Below, piece after piece: positions 12,703 through 27,214 of a stretch of DNA of 64,000 bases. Source of the DNA: Octopus vulgaris (taxonomy: Eukaryota); the NCBI GenBank assembly GCA_951406725.2, contig OX597819.1:56544001-56608000 (forward strand). The letters are read 5' to 3'. The position numbers and the translations under genes are program-made. The first letter of the stretch is position 1. Each line of letters begins with the position of its first letter. The notes beneath the pieces were generated by a model. That model had not been told where the DNA came from. It made no database searches and saw only the letters and a program-made list of their open reading frames with translations.

Positions 12703-13041
12703 TATATACGAAAGAAGGTTTGAAAATGCAATTAAAAAGATGTTTATTTACTTAACCGGTTTCACTCTGCCATTTTTTCCAAATATTCTCATCACACTGT
12801 TGAACTTCTTTATCCCCTTAACATATCCCTGTTACCAAACACTATATTTATACATGTAATGTGACAATTATGTAAAAAAAAATTTTTTGAATTCATAATA
12901 TTCAATGTGGCAATTATGTAAAAAACTTTTTTGAATTCATAATATTCTATGTTACTTTTGACAATCTTTTTCCAAAGAGTGAAACCGGTTAAGTAAATAA
13001 ACATCTTTTAAATTGCATTTTCAAACCATCTTTCGTATATA
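12703..13041. repeat. ~66-bp inverted repeat (2 mismatches) around a decayed hammerhead, probable inverted pLTR
   Basis: 12703-12768 is the reverse complement of 12976-13041. The plus strand at 12952-12996 reads TTACTT-ttgacaa-tcttt..aaagagt-GAAAC-CGGTT-AAGTAA. Confidence 0.8.
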
Positions 13042-13915
13042 ATTCCACTCGTGCGATACCCCACAACTCAACTTTGTTATATATATTAAGGTGGCAATTC
13101 GCAATTTACAACCGAAAGGCACCCTAGTGGCCTAGCATATCTTTTAAAAAATCCGAAGACAAAAATTTTTTACATACAAAATTTAGAGGACAGCCTGTAT
13201 TGTAGATATTGACGCCAAATCGCCATTTACCACGAAGGTGTACCCCATCCGGTGAAAGATAAATATTGTTTAATGTACATAGCTACTTATAATTTTATTC
13301 ATTGAAGGTTTAGGTATGTTTTAAAAACTCACATAGTGTCTCTAAGTAATCTGCAGGTTCTGATCACATTGTCCATACAAGTCATAAATCAGGACAAGCA
13401 CAAGAGAAATCAGAAGTTACAAGATGAAGGTGGTTGTAAAAAAGGGAAGAGTAAAAGAACAATAAAAGAAAGGAAAAAGGGAGAATAAGTGTTATGTTCC
13501 TTAGAGTCATAAGGCTAAGTGGAGAGGGATCTAAAGTTTGGATTCAAATCAGAGTGGGTGGTATTCTCCAATTCGTCAAAAGAAACTTGTCCATACATTT
13601 GTTATTGCTGAAAAATTCTGATCTGGAATTCAGCAGCGCGGTGGAATTCTTAGATCTTAAGAGGATATGCGATCATGAAACTACGCGTAATTTACATTTT
13701 TTTGTTCTTTAGCATATGACAAGAATTTTTCAACAATTTATCCCTTGATTATATGTGGCGTGTATTTGGTCATCAAATCCCATACCCTGTTAACGAACTT
13801 AGTGGCGTTACTTTTGTCCTTGTGACGGAACCTTGAGGCTGGAAGCAAAATCCAAACCACACAGCCACGCCTGCAACTCTGTCTTTGTGTGTATATATAT
13901 ATATATATATATATA

Positions 13916-15225
13916 CAGGGTAGGGCAGAGAGGATTGACGTTTTTGAAATGCCTATTACTCAGTCCCAATGGAAGACACGCATGTCTGACAGGCACCATT
14001 CGGTATGTGGTGTTTCAGCATTTTTTCTTCTTTTAGGTGGAGCCATGTCGCTGTCGACGATGGACCATCGCGTGTTTGCCTACGACATTTACGCGAAGAA
14101 TGACGAGTCTGTCACAGCAGTTCAGCGTGAGTTTCGGCGTTTCAGCGTCACTTCGATATTGACCGAAATCAGGCTGTTCTCACCCGTAGCACAATCTTAC
14201 GTTGAGTGAATGCACTTCGTACACGAGGTACACTAATGAACCGGAGACTAGTGAGAGAACAACGAACATTAGGGACCTAGGAAAATGTGAAACGCGTCAG
14301 ACAAGCTTTGATACAGAGTCTGAATCGCTCTACTCGGAGACATTTCACTGAACGTGGCATCGGTAAGGCGTATTTTGCATGAAGACCTGCATTTGCACCA
14401 TTGGACAACAGTTGAAACCAAGGCACTATGCACAGCGGCTTCACTATGCACGTCAGATGAATGCAATTATGGACGCAAATGACAACCTCATTTTGGTAAT
14501 GAGCAATGAAGCTCCTTTTCATCTCAGTGGCACGGTGAATCGATGAAACTGTCGTTATTTGGCTCTTGAAAATCCGAGAGATTTGCACGAAAAACCACTG
14601 CATAGCCCAAAAGTGACAGTTTCGTGTGCTGTTCGAAAAGCTGCCTTCATTGGTTCTTACTTTTTTGAAGACAATAATGGAAATGCTGTTACTTCAAGTG
14701 TTACATCGAGACGATGAAGAACTTTTTTTATACCCAAATTACGACGAAAACGTATACCTATTCGATGTGTGTAGTTTCAGTTGAATGGAACGACGGTCCA
14801 CACAGCCAGAGCATCAATAGACGTTATTCACGCTCTCTTCGGTGACTGCCTCATTTTCCAGGTTTGCTGACATTCCTTAGCCTCACCGGTCCCCTGATTT
14901 GTCTGTGTGTGATTATTTCTTGTGGAGAAAACTCAAGGTTGCTCATAAGCCCCGTACATTGAACGATTTGAAGGAAGCTATTCGCGTGGGAAGTCGCCCA
15001 AATCGACTGACGAATGCTGGAGAGAGTGGATGTCAACTTCCAAGAACATCTTCAGAAGTGCATTAATAAAAACGGACAACACATGATGGATATTGCATTC
15101 TACATTTAATTTCGACTAACGCTAATTCAATATGAACACATTTATGTCAATAAAATATGTTCGCAGCTAAAATTAATAATTTTATGAAGTTTTTCAAAAA
15201 CGCCCGAACTCTCTCTCTCACCCTA
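13916..15225 (+). mobile_element. Tc1/mariner superfamily DD41D (rosa-type) transposon, decayed
   Basis: Imperfect TIRs (cagggtagggcagagaggattgacgtttttgaa / ttcaaaaacgcccgaactctctctctcacccta) flanked by TA. Transposase remnants ESVTAVQREFRR, NEAPFHLSG, PLHSPKVTV, IGSYFFED, RSPDLSVCDYFLW. I count 41 residues between the 2nd and 3rd catalytic positions after correcting one frameshift. Confidence 0.85.
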
Positions 15226-15318
15226 TATACATACATACATACATACATACATAGGTGTGTGTGTGTCTATATAGATATATATACATATACATACATACAT
15301 GCATATACATACATACAT

Positions 15319-15365
<47 letters not shown>

Positions 15366-15709
15366 TGGGTGGGTGGGTGTTTGCGCGCGTGTGTATAAGT
15401 GTGCAACGTATACAAAATATATATACTAGGTCGTTAAGTATGAAATCTGTAGAAAAACAAGTTTGCTGTTGTTTTATAAGTACAAGGAATATTTTTATTC
15501 ATCAAAGTATGCACCCATATTGTCAATATACTTTTTCCCTTTCAGTGATAGCTTGTCTTGCCCGGAACTGTAAAAGCCTGGGAATCTAGAGTCAATAAAA
15601 TCTTGGAAGGCCTGTTTTAAAGCGGATCTAGGTGAAATTTGAACTCAGAATATACAACTTATTGCTCAGAGATATAACAGTAATTACCAGAAGACACGAT
15701 GTCCACTCC

Positions 15710-15751
<42 letters not shown>

Positions 15752-15890
15752 TATTGATACTTGGACCGGGATATTCGTTAGGAAGCTATCCCCTAGATAA
15801 TGAGAATGCATACATGCACTCACGCGAACACACACAAGCACACCCATACAAACACACACACACACATATATGTATGTAGGTATATATTTG

Positions 15891-15921
<31 letters not shown>

Positions 15922-17814
15922 GCGTGTCTGCATGTTTGTGTGTGTACGTGTGTCTGCACATATTAATCCCTGTCGCCTAAATCAGGAAAAACAGAACGGC
16001 CAATCGATAATCAAGAACTAGATGACTTGTGTCTAAGAAGAAGATTTTAAGAAAATCATTATCCTTATTATGATATACTATAAGAACTATATCCATATTG
16101 TGTACATTCTAGATCTCATTGAAAGAAACCGAATAGCTCATTATAAAGAGATGTATATTCTTGGCAATGATAGAATTTAGTTGGCGAACGGATTTATAGA
16201 CCGAGGACCAGATATGTATACTTACCTCTAAGAATTGATAAAATTATTTGGAACTCTCACCTTCCTGTTAAATGTATTATTATTGAGGGTTGATGAAATA
16301 AGTTTAATTAATCTTACTCGAATTATCAGACTGTTTTTTTTTTTGCTGGGTTCTACACGTTCAAATATTGGATCTATTCTGCTCCAATAAAAGCCATGGT
16401 GAAAATATAATTCCGTCGTATTTATATGAAAAAGTCAAGTATGTGGGTAAATATATTTCGATCAATAACACGTACAAAACTAAAAGATGAAAATAAAGGA
16501 TATTTACTTCTGGAAACACTTGAGATATATTGATATAAAAACAATAAATTTTCAAGAGAAATTCTTAAAGAAGAAAATAATGATTCGAAGTACACAACTC
16601 TTATTGTTAGTAACAAAATTCTTTCTGCTATTTTACCATTCGCAGCCACTGTTGCAACCGCTGTTATCCCATTGTGGTCAGAATCGCCCTTCGCATCACA
16701 CCCAAAATAAATAATTTGGAAAATATATCGACCATATATGGTCTTGAAACCAAATTTTCGATTCTAACGAAGGCAGAGTAAATTTTATTAAACCAATGGA
16801 AAATTCAGAAAAAGAGGATAAAACCAGAGAAAGAGGGTGTTATCAAATAAGAAAAACAAAAACAATGTAAAAACAAATAAAAACACAAAAATACCGAGAA
16901 TCCTGAAACAGATTTGGATGTGGAATTTGCTCTGTTACTGTGCATAGCAGTTCTATTAGAACACAGGGAGATATTATCTGAGCGGCCATATATAGCTATG
17001 AAATAAGATGTCGAATAAATCATGTGGAGTAATTGAAATGTTATGTCTCTCTGACAGGAAAAATATATTTGAAAAAGAAACTAAGAAGTGTTCCAAATAT
17101 AAAGACTAAGACGTGGAACTAAAAAAAAGACGTGGTTTATGGATACTATCTATTTCTTGAAGTAGTATGAGAATTCAGTTATGACGAATGAAACAGATAA
17201 AAACATAAGAGAAACGTGTGGTTATCACTCAATATAAGAAATCCGAAAGATAATTGTATTGTTAGGAAGCGCCTGTAAAAAACAAACAAACAAAATTAAC
17301 CCTTTTTATTCGAAAAAAACCCCCCAGAAATACATAGTGGTAAAGGGAAATAATAAGCAACAGTGAGTGGAGAGTTACTATATGCACGTATCTCTCAGCT
17401 AATACCCGTGAAATATTTTTACACCAAATTATGCGTGCGTATATTCCTATCGACACGGAAAGGCAGGAACATAGATACAAGTAGATGCAAACCGAGAGAC
17501 ACGTAGAAATGATTTTGAAAACAGGAAATCTTGAAATGTGGAGGTTTCTGTGCAAAGCAGAAGATTTACATACGAAATCCGATATGGCAATTATGGATAG
17601 GGATAGAAACTGCAATAACAACACCGGCAGCAGCATAAGGAGAAAAGAAGAAGAAGAAGAAGAAGAAAAAAAAAAGAGGAGGAAGAGGATACTCGAAGTC
17701 GAGGTGGAGGAGCAGTAGGAAGAGGAGGTGAACAAATGCAATCATCGTAACAACACGAACAATATTAATTCTTCCTTCAAGGAAGTAAAATAATGATGAT
17801 GATAGTAAAGACAG

Positions 17815-17970
17815 TATAATAATAATAATAATAATAATGATAATAATAGTAATAATAATAATAATGATAATAATAATGATAATAATGATAATAATAATGA
17901 TAATAATAATAATAATAATGATAATAGTAATAATAATAATGATGATGATGATGATGATGATAATAATGAT
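17815..17970. repeat. (AAT)n/(GAT)n microsatellite
   Basis: Direct inspection. Confidence 0.95.
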
Positions 17971-18145
17971 GTTGATTTCATTTAGTTGCCACAAGAGCGA
18001 AGTATAAGGGGGACAATGCGCAGACAGACATAAAGTGTAGGGTTTTATATAATGAAATGATAAAAAAAGGGCGGGGCAAAGAAAGTAAGTGTACACGGTA
18101 TACACTGAAACAGAAGGGACACATGCATAGCATACAAAGGTTAGA

Positions 18146-18180
<35 letters not shown>

Positions 18181-18543
18181 GTTTCAAATTTTTGGGGAGA
18201 GGATGGGTCGATCGCACCGACCCCAGTGTTCAACTGATACTTATTTTATAGATTCCGAAAGGATGAAAAGCAAAATCGACCTCGACGGAATTTGAACATG
18301 GTGTGGTTGGCAGACGAAACACCCGGCGTGCTAACGATTCTGTCAGCTCCGCACTGAATAACAACATGGATGTACTAAACCGGGCTCTCCATTCAAAAAC
18401 AAATCTAATACAATAACATCGATGGAATTAGATAATAATGCTGAGGAAAACTTGAAGGAAGCGGCCTTTTAACGAAGACACTAAGAAAAAAACGAAATTT
18501 TACTGCCATACAAAGTACAGTTTCTCCTACGCACGGTGTCTCA

Positions 18544-18740
18544 ATTCTAACTGGGCCCCACCTGCAATGTCATGCGCTGCTTATCTTGATGTGAGATCAC
18601 CATGTTGCGCACATATTGTTGTGATGCATGCGCCTGGTGTGCCCTTGTTAGACGGGTAGTCATGATGGGTATACTGGGCTTCGTATATTTTACCCCAGTG
18701 TCACTTTGATGGCATGCACTGCTCTCTCACTCAATTATAA
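18544..18740 (+). repeat. 3' fragment of the ~550-bp non-coding repeat at 60301-60847
   Basis: ttctaactgggccccacctg..gagatcaccatgt..cagtgtcactttgatggcatgcactgctctctcactcaa is shared with ~60672-60847. Confidence 0.85.
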
Positions 18741-19259
18741 TGATGATGATGATGATGATTTTTGCATAATGTCAAGCAATTCATTGTGTTTTTGGTGCAG
18801 GTGCTTAGTAGATTACAATGAACCAGTATTTCATTGTTTTTTTTTATTCTGTCGACCTCCAAAGGAGAGAAGGCAAATTTGACCTCGGCGGAATTTGAAC
18901 TCAGGGCATAAAGAGCCGGAGGAAACGTAGCTAGATATTTTCTAGTATAGTCTTTATCCCCATCGTTTTCGTCATCATCACTATTACCACCAAATTGAGT
19001 AGCATCCTCATCGGTTCAACTAACAATAATGCCACCACTATATAAAACGAATGGAACTAAAAAGGTTCACACATCAAAAAAAAAAAAAAACAAAAACAAA
19101 AACATTAACGTCAATAATAAGAAAAACAAGGGCAATAAAAGTAATAATTGTACCAATCCCTTTCTTCGGCAGCTGTCAGTATTAAAACGAAGAACGACAA
19201 CAATAGAAAAACAACGGTAACAACATATTAATAAATATATAAAATGTGACCTTGTACAC

Positions 19260-19325
<66 letters not shown>

Positions 19326-20000
19326 AGAAAGTTATCAGTAATTCATTTTCCTGTTGCCTCATCTACAATCATATTGGTTTTCTTTAAGCACGTTGCAGAA
19401 AGAAGATAATCCATGGTGGTTTTGGAGATGGTGAGAATTAAAACTGTACGTCTTGCAAATGCATTAGAAAAAAACATCAATAGCACAATAAGTGCATAAA
19501 AAAATAATAATAAATAAATTACTATTATAGTTATGATGATTAAAATATGCACGTCAACGTTCGTTACTGAAAACACGGAAGAGAAAATGCTATTTTTATT
19601 TTGAATAAGTGTGTGTCTTTCGACATTTTTGAAGCAGTTTTCCCATGAATTTACAAATAAAAAGAAAAGAAGAAACACTTATTTTAGTTTCTATAGAAAT
19701 TGTTATTATAATGAATCCTATAACCTGACGAAAGTGCGGTTGGAAACCGCTGAACTCTTCGTTTCCATGTAATGTATTGATGGCAATATTGTCTACAGGA
19801 AACGAAACCCTTCTTTATGGGTGGAGGAAAATATAGGTGTGTAAATCAAGTACTTAATCGTAAATTGTACAGTTTCTACCTATCATATATCGTAATTATG
19901 TTGCGTATGATATTTATTTGCCGCCCAGCTGACTGGACCACTCGATGTTAGAATGTAGAAATTATGACTGGAAAGCTTCGACCATTATAGTATTATTTCT

Positions 20001-20404
20001 AAGGCGGCGAGCTGGCAGAATCATTAGCATGCCGGGTGAAATGCTTAGCGGTATTCCGTCTGCCGTTACGTTCTGAGTTCAAATTCCGCCGAGGTCGACT
20101 TTGCCTTTCATCCTTTCGGAGTCGATTAAATTAGTACCAGTTACGTACTAAGGTCGATATAATCGGCTTAATCCATTTGTCTGTCCTTGTTTGTCCCTTC
20201 TGTGTTTAGCTCCTTGTGGGTAGTAAAGAAATAGGTATTTCATCTGTCTTTACGTTCTGGGTTCAAATTCCGCCGAGGTCGACTTTGCCTTTAATCCTTT
20301 TTTTCGGGGTTGATAAATTAAGCACCAGTTGCGCACTGGGTTCGATGTAATCGACCGGACCACTCCCCCAAAATTTCGGGCCTTGTGCCTAGAGAAGAAA
20401 AGAA
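20001..20404 (+). mobile_element. Dimeric SINE family B inside one 15-bp TSD
   Basis: Head ggcggcgagctggcagaatc, with ttcaaattccgccgaggtcgactttgccttt present twice. TSD tatagtattatttct (19986-20000) / tatagtattgtttct (20405-20419). The central gcctttcatcctttcgg.gtcgat.aa...agtacc block resembles the Meta-SINE domain (from memory). Confidence 0.85.
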
Positions 20405-20717
20405 TATAGTATTGTTTCTCTCAACTGATATTTATGACCTATTCGGTTACTAAGTTACTGTCGAACAACATTTAGTATTACAATTAAATTATCAGGGATG
20501 GCCACATCAAGGTCTTATATAACTTGTTTCTATATATAAAGACCCGAATCTTTTGCTGATGTTAAGTAAAATAGCTGAGTTTCACCAAATATTTCGAAGA
20601 GGAATATTTACTAGTGATTGGTATCAGAGAAAAGGTCTGTGTTGGATGTGGATTTACTCAAGATTGATTAGTGACCATTGAGCATCTGTGTGTATATATG
20701 TATGTACGTGTGTGTGT

Positions 20718-20767
<50 letters not shown>

Positions 20768-21284
20768 AAGAGAGTGATGTAAGGTGTTGTAGGAAGTTGA
20801 TAGATGTGCAGCGACTCTGAAATGTTAGAAGTGAGACAATTATTGGCAGAGTCATACTGGTTGTTCTTGGAAAGAGAATACACTGTAGCACGTTTCCTAA
20901 AAATTAAGATACATGACTGAACAAATTGTTAGATATACGGAAAGACAGGGAGAGAGAGAGAGAGAGAGAGGAATTTGGTTGCGTTGTGGTTATGGGATGC
21001 ATTGTTTGACATGGTTGGAAGGAGTATTGCCAGAGCCAAATATTTTGTGAAAGAAATGCTAGGAGATATATTCGATATCAATTCTTGAATACAAGATTTT
21101 TTATCGACCTACGCCCCGGAAGGATGAAAAGCAATAGTGACCTCGGTGGGATTTGAACTCAGTAAGTAAAGATACAGGAATAAATCCCGCTGGGTATTTC
21201 ACGGACACACAGGCGATTCTGCCAATAATAATAATAATACTAATACTAATAATAATAATAATAACAACAACAACAACAATAATA

Positions 21285-21316
<32 letters not shown>

Positions 21317-22332
21317 AATGGAAATGGTAATAATAATAAGAAGAACGCTAAATATATTCTATCACATTTAATTTGATTCTAGAATTATTATTGAGATATA
21401 ATTCTGTTAGTGTTCTTGTATTTGCTTCAGGTTCTCGGATGATTTATTGGTTCTGCTAAAAAAACAAACAAACAAACAAAAAAAAACAAAAAGCAAAAAC
21501 AAATAACAAGTATGGCAATAAATCAAAAGTAAAATGAAAAATAAAATGTTTGGTAATGACATCAAAACAAAGAAACATAAAAGGAACAAAATCAACAAAG
21601 ATCACAAACATGAATTGATCACACAGACATTGTCAAACAAATTTACAAATAAATCCGAATTCGAAGCGCGCGCGCACCCACCCGCGTATCCACATACACA
21701 CACGCACACACAGAAACATCCATTCGCATATAAAATTGATTCCGTTATTTTATATCACAATGTTATTATGTCTAGCACAGGCATAAGCACAGAATTTTTT
21801 TGAGGCTGAGGTTAGTCGATTAAATTGATCGCCAGTTCTTGATTGGTTCTTTAATTTATTGACCGCACCGTACCCCAAATGGGATGAAAGAGATAGTTGA
21901 TATCTACGAGATTTGAACTTCTAATGTAAAGAATCGTAAGAAATACAAAGCCACCACGGGTTTTAACAGGCTAAAATATAAAAATGTGCAACTAAAATCT
22001 CAAGGCATGGTATTGACGAGGGATGTCTTCAAAACGGTTTCCGTTCTTAGTTGATGTTTCGCTTCCTATTCTAATCATTCGAACGTAAGGTTTGAAGTCT
22101 CACTTTGCTATTATCCTTGCTTACGTAGAGACTCTGGTCACACGAGTGACAGATTCGTATGAATCTTTGAAATTTACAAAATTAAGATAAAATTTTTAAG
22201 AAACAATTAACGTATTGAATGGATCAAATATATTAATTGATAATGTATTTAATCGAACCCTGAAACTTGACAAGTAGTGTAGAGACAAATGTGATTTAAA
22301 ATTAGAATTAGTCAATATTAGATACGAAACTA

Positions 22333-22520
22333 AGATGGTGAGCAAAATGTTTAGCTGCATTTCGTTCCTCTTTATGTTCTGAGTTCAAATTCCGTCGAGG
22401 CCGACTTTCCTTTCATCTTTTCAGGGACGATAAAATAAGTACCAGTTGAGCCCTGGGGTCGATTTAATCGACTTACCCACTTCCTGAAAACTAGTGTATT
22501 TGTACTGAAATTTGAAACCG
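22333..22520 (+). mobile_element. Decayed SINE family B
   Basis: gttctgagttcaaattccgtcgaggccgactttcctttcatc..aagtaccagttg..gggtcgatttaatcgac. Confidence 0.8.
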
Positions 22521-23743
22521 ATATTAAATATATGAAATTTTATAACTTAAGATTCACCCGTCAAAGAAGTATGGTAAGAAAATTTATCAATGAAAAGTGG
22601 TTTTCTTTCTTGCAAGACAAAAGAACTTCTCGACTAAAGAACTAACATTTTACGCAACCACAAATGGAAAGATTTTGTGGAGTTAACGGATAGATTAAAA
22701 GAACTTAACTTGTTCAATGAACCTGAGTCTCAAACCCAGCATAATGAAAAGTTGAGTTGTGTTCTATGGAGCCACTCGGGTATAGGCTATTATCAGTGTC
22801 ATAACCAGCAACATGGAACATTTTCTTTGATAGCATTTCGATTCCTGGTAAAATGTATTATTCATTTACATTGTTCATAATTTCGGGTTTGTTAGTCATT
22901 TGACAAGCGACTTGATCTAAGATAATATGTTAAAATTGAAAGAATTGCATTGTGGAAGAGTCGTTTTATCCATTTTAACACACGCAGATCAGTCACATTC
23001 AGTTTTATTTATTTATATATATAGAGATTAACAGTATTGTTTGCTATAAAGCATCAAACATTTTTACCGCACATCTACAGTTCTGAAAGAAGTCAATTTG
23101 TGTCAGAGACTAGAAAACAAAAGTTCGACGAAACTTTTTGGCACTTCTAATAACAGGTGTAATTAAAGAAATAAAGTATGTGAATTCAAGAATAGTGTGT
23201 AAGCTGTAAAACGGTCAAATGACACTTTCACGAAGTAATTGTTAATACTGACCATGTAATCTATCATAGTGAAAGACTTTTAGTATGAATTTTGAAATGG
23301 CTTACTCTGTAGAAATGATAGATTGACTTACCTTTCTCCAATTCCTCTCAGTGAAGTGAAAGGTGTTGTTAATACTGAACAGCCCCAGTCGATTCTACAG
23401 TATTGTAATGAAAAGAAAGTATTAATAAAGCGGGGCAAGTATAACACAAGTACTATGATTCTTATAAGTGGCTGATTTTCAACGAAAGTGATGTTCTTCC
23501 ATCATGTTAGATATGAGATCTGAGGTCTTTTAAAAATGGCTGATACGGGATACTAGAACAAAATTCGTGCATGTATTTTGTAAAAGTTTTAACGAGAAAT
23601 CAAATTTAGATCTAATTTAGGGAAGCTGACTTTTAAACGACAAGCCATTGTTGTGTATATTCCCACTTTGCGTAATTGAAAGCTGATGTCTTCTTCTCTT
23701 TCTTGTATGCCAAAGATTGGAAATAGGGTCTTGGGAAAATTAT

Positions 23744-23774
<31 letters not shown>

Positions 23775-24091
23775 CATACACACACACGCACATATAACTA
23801 CCCCACACATTCCTGAGGCGTTCCCAGGATTCGAGACAGTGTACGGGGGATTTTCCTGAAGTTCAGATATAGTGACATCTTCACGTTCTGATTTCAAATC
23901 AAACGAATCTAAATTTTGCTTTTTATTCTTCAGGGTCTCCCTCTTGATTAGCAGTCAAGTACTTCAGTTTGATAAACTAAAACATTTCATGCGTGGCCTT
24001 GTAACTACATTAGCATTCGATATTTTGTTTTTATCATTCCTGATTCGTTTGAGGTCAAACTACAGAGGTCAACTACGATAACTTCATGAAA

Positions 24092-24305
24092 TACTACCAC
24101 CACCACCACCACCACAACCACCACCACCAACACCAACAACAACAACAACAAAATCACCAACACCACCACAACACCGACACCAACACCAAAACCGACACCA
24201 ACACCAACACCACTCACGCCTCCACTGCAACCAACGGATGGTTATCATCATCACTGTATCGATAATGTTCACTATACTCATTCCTCCACTTCTTCCTCGT
24301 TACAC

Positions 24306-24369
<64 letters not shown>

Positions 24370-24373
24370 CACC

Positions 24374-24407
<34 letters not shown>

Positions 24408-24550
24408 GTACTACTCGTGCTACTACTACCACTATTACTCGTGCTACTACTACCACTACTACCACAACTACTACTACCACAACAACAACAACAACAACAA
24501 CTACTACTACTACTACCACTAAAACTACTACCGCTGCTGCTGCTGCTATG
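24092..24550. repeat. Compound trinucleotide repeats (CAC/CAA/CTA)n
   Basis: Direct inspection; a similar (CAC)n tract lies at 25750-26120. Confidence 0.95.
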
Positions 24551-24836
24551 GCTATTCCCGATCCCCAACATTGTCATCTCACTACTTTTTGCCACTATTT
24601 CTCAGCCTCTCCCTCTACGCGTCTCCTACTCCCTCCGACACCAACGTGTCACCTCCCATGTAAAATTATATAGTTCCCATTTAATACATATTCCAGCCTT
24701 TATTTCGAATGGTGATTATCTCCCGCTTTGCTAAAGTCTAAAACTATTGGGTGATATTTTATGTATCTTATCTAGTTTCCCGCTTTCTTGTAGCCATTAC
24801 GACTAATTTCATGCTAGACAAGTGGCTCCTATAAGA

Positions 24837-25110
24837 ACATACATACATAAATATATACATACATATGTATATATGTATATATATATGAAAAGGCATATAT
24901 ATATATATATATTTATATATAATATATATGTGTGTATTTTTGTGTGTGTGTGTGTGTATTTGCATATGCATATGTATATATAAATGTATATATGTATATA
25001 TGTATACATTTATATATATATATATATCCATACACAGAAATATATATATTATATATATGCATATATATATATGTGTGTACACATATAAATATACACAGAC
25101 ACAGACACAG

Positions 25111-25145
<35 letters not shown>

Positions 25146-25164
25146 CATACATTTATATACATAA

Positions 25165-25206
<42 letters not shown>

Positions 25207-25300
25207 GAATAGATGGCATGTAAACATATATATATATTTATTTCTATATGCATACGTGCACATAATATTTGTACGGATATACATTTGTCTGTCTGTATGA

Positions 25301-25376
<76 letters not shown>

Positions 25377-25378
25377 GT

Positions 25379-25418
<40 letters not shown>

Positions 25419-25428
25419 ACATATATAG
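24837..25428. repeat. Compound (TA)n/(CA)n microsatellite
   Basis: Direct inspection. Confidence 0.95.
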
Positions 25429-26121
25429 GCTTGTGTGTGTATGCTCGATGTGTGGACTCTTGACGTCTGTGTGCGCACGCGCAAGCATATGAAAACTAAA
25501 GATAAGCAGCAGAATCTATGTCCCTTGGAAATTCAGATGAAGGATTAAAGATAACGTTAAGTGATTTTTTGCTGGTCGAGAAGTTCTTAGCCATCATTTA
25601 TCTCATGGGATGACCAGTCGTTGCACAAAAACATCATTGCATATTATGCACTCTTTTTCTTGCTGTCGTCGCTGATGCAAACTAACTACTCTGTATCCTC
25701 AATCTTATTCTTCGCTAGACATCTCCGCGAACGTCTCCGCCATCAGTTACCACCACCAGCACCACCAGCAGACGCAGCAGCAACGCCACCACCACCACCA
25801 CCACCACCACTTCATCACCACCATCAACAGCAATACCGTCAGTGACAACAGTCCATCGCTAGCAGCAACACCACTAGCATCACCACCACCACCTCCACCA
25901 CCACCACCACCACCACCACCACCACCACCACCACCACCACAACCATCACCACCACCACCACCACGACAACCAGCACCGACACCACGAATACCACCACCAC
26001 CACCACCACCACCACTACTACCTACTCCACCAACAATAGCATCAACGATAATAACATCAATAGCAGCATTCCATCACCACCACCATCACCACCATCATCA
26101 CCACCATAGTCACCATCATTA

Positions 26122-26997
26122 TGCTTAGCTGTATTTCGCCTGTCGCTACGTTCTGAGTTCAAACCCCTTCGAGGTCGATGAAATAACCATAAGTCGAACA
26201 TTGGGGTCGATGTAATCGATCATCCCCTCTCCCAAAATTGGCAAAATTTGAAACCATTATTAAAAAGGAACGTTAGCACGCCGGGCGAAATGCGTTGCCG
26301 TATCTCGTCTGCCGTTACGTTCTCAGTTCAAATTTCGCCGAGGTCGACTTTGCCTTTCATTCTTTCGGGGTCGATAAATTAAGTACCAGTTACGCACTGG
26401 GGTCAATGTAATCGACTTAATCTGTCTGGTATTTCGTCTGCCGCTACGTTATGAGTTCAAATTCCGCTGAGGTCGACTTTGCCTTTCATCATTTCGGAGT
26501 TGATAAATTAAGCACTAGTTGCGTCCTGGGGTCGATCTAATCGACTGGACCGCTCCCTCAAAATTTTGTGCCTTGTGCCTTGAGTAGAAAGGAATATCAT
26601 TATTAAGGCGGCAAGCTGGCAGAATCGTTAGCATGCCGGAAAAAATGCTTAGCGGCATTTCACCTATTGCTACGTTCTGAGTTGTAATTCCGCTTTCGGG
26701 GTCGATAAATTAAGTACCAGTTGCGTAGTGGGGTCGATCTTATCGACTGGACCCTCTCCCCAAAAATTTTTGGCCTTTTGCCTTGAGTAGAGAAGAAGCG
26801 TTAGGACAGCGGGCATAATGCAGAGTGTCATTTCGTCTGTCTTTACGTTTTGAGATCAAATTCCGCCGATGCCGTTTTGCCTTTGATCCTTTTGGAGTCG
26901 ATAAAAAAGTACCAGTTGAGTACTGAGGTCGATGTAATTCATTCCCTCCCACCCTTCCCAGAACTTTCTGGCCTTGTGCCAATATTTGAAACCAATA
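26122..26997 (+). mobile_element. Head-to-tail cluster of about 5 SINE family B units
   Basis: The tttcg..tacgtt.t.agttcaaa..gaggtcga..gggtcgat.taatcgac core recurs at ~26135, 26305, 26432, 26660 and 26832. Confidence 0.85.
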
Positions 26998-27214
26998 TTA
27001 CAATTGCTAACGTTTTTGACGATAATTGTTTCAAATTTCTGCAGAAGCTCTTGGCAGCAGGTGTATTATTGGTATATTAAATTAATTAATGTATCCACGT
27101 TCAGTATAGTATCACAGAAATAACAATCGACATCGTCGTCTTAGTGGTAGTAGTAGCGGCAGCATCTGTAAAAAATTACATCATGAATACGAGCAGGTGT
27201 TACAACAACAGCAA

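Noticed and set aside
19715-19840. CTGACGA followed by hairpins and GAAAC
   Set aside because: Stem II does not close next to the core and there is no proper NUH/stem I junction. At most a very decayed motif.
26122-26997. Recurrent repeats resembling a CRISPR-like array
   Set aside because: Units are diverged SINE copies of variable length without unique spacers, in a eukaryotic context.
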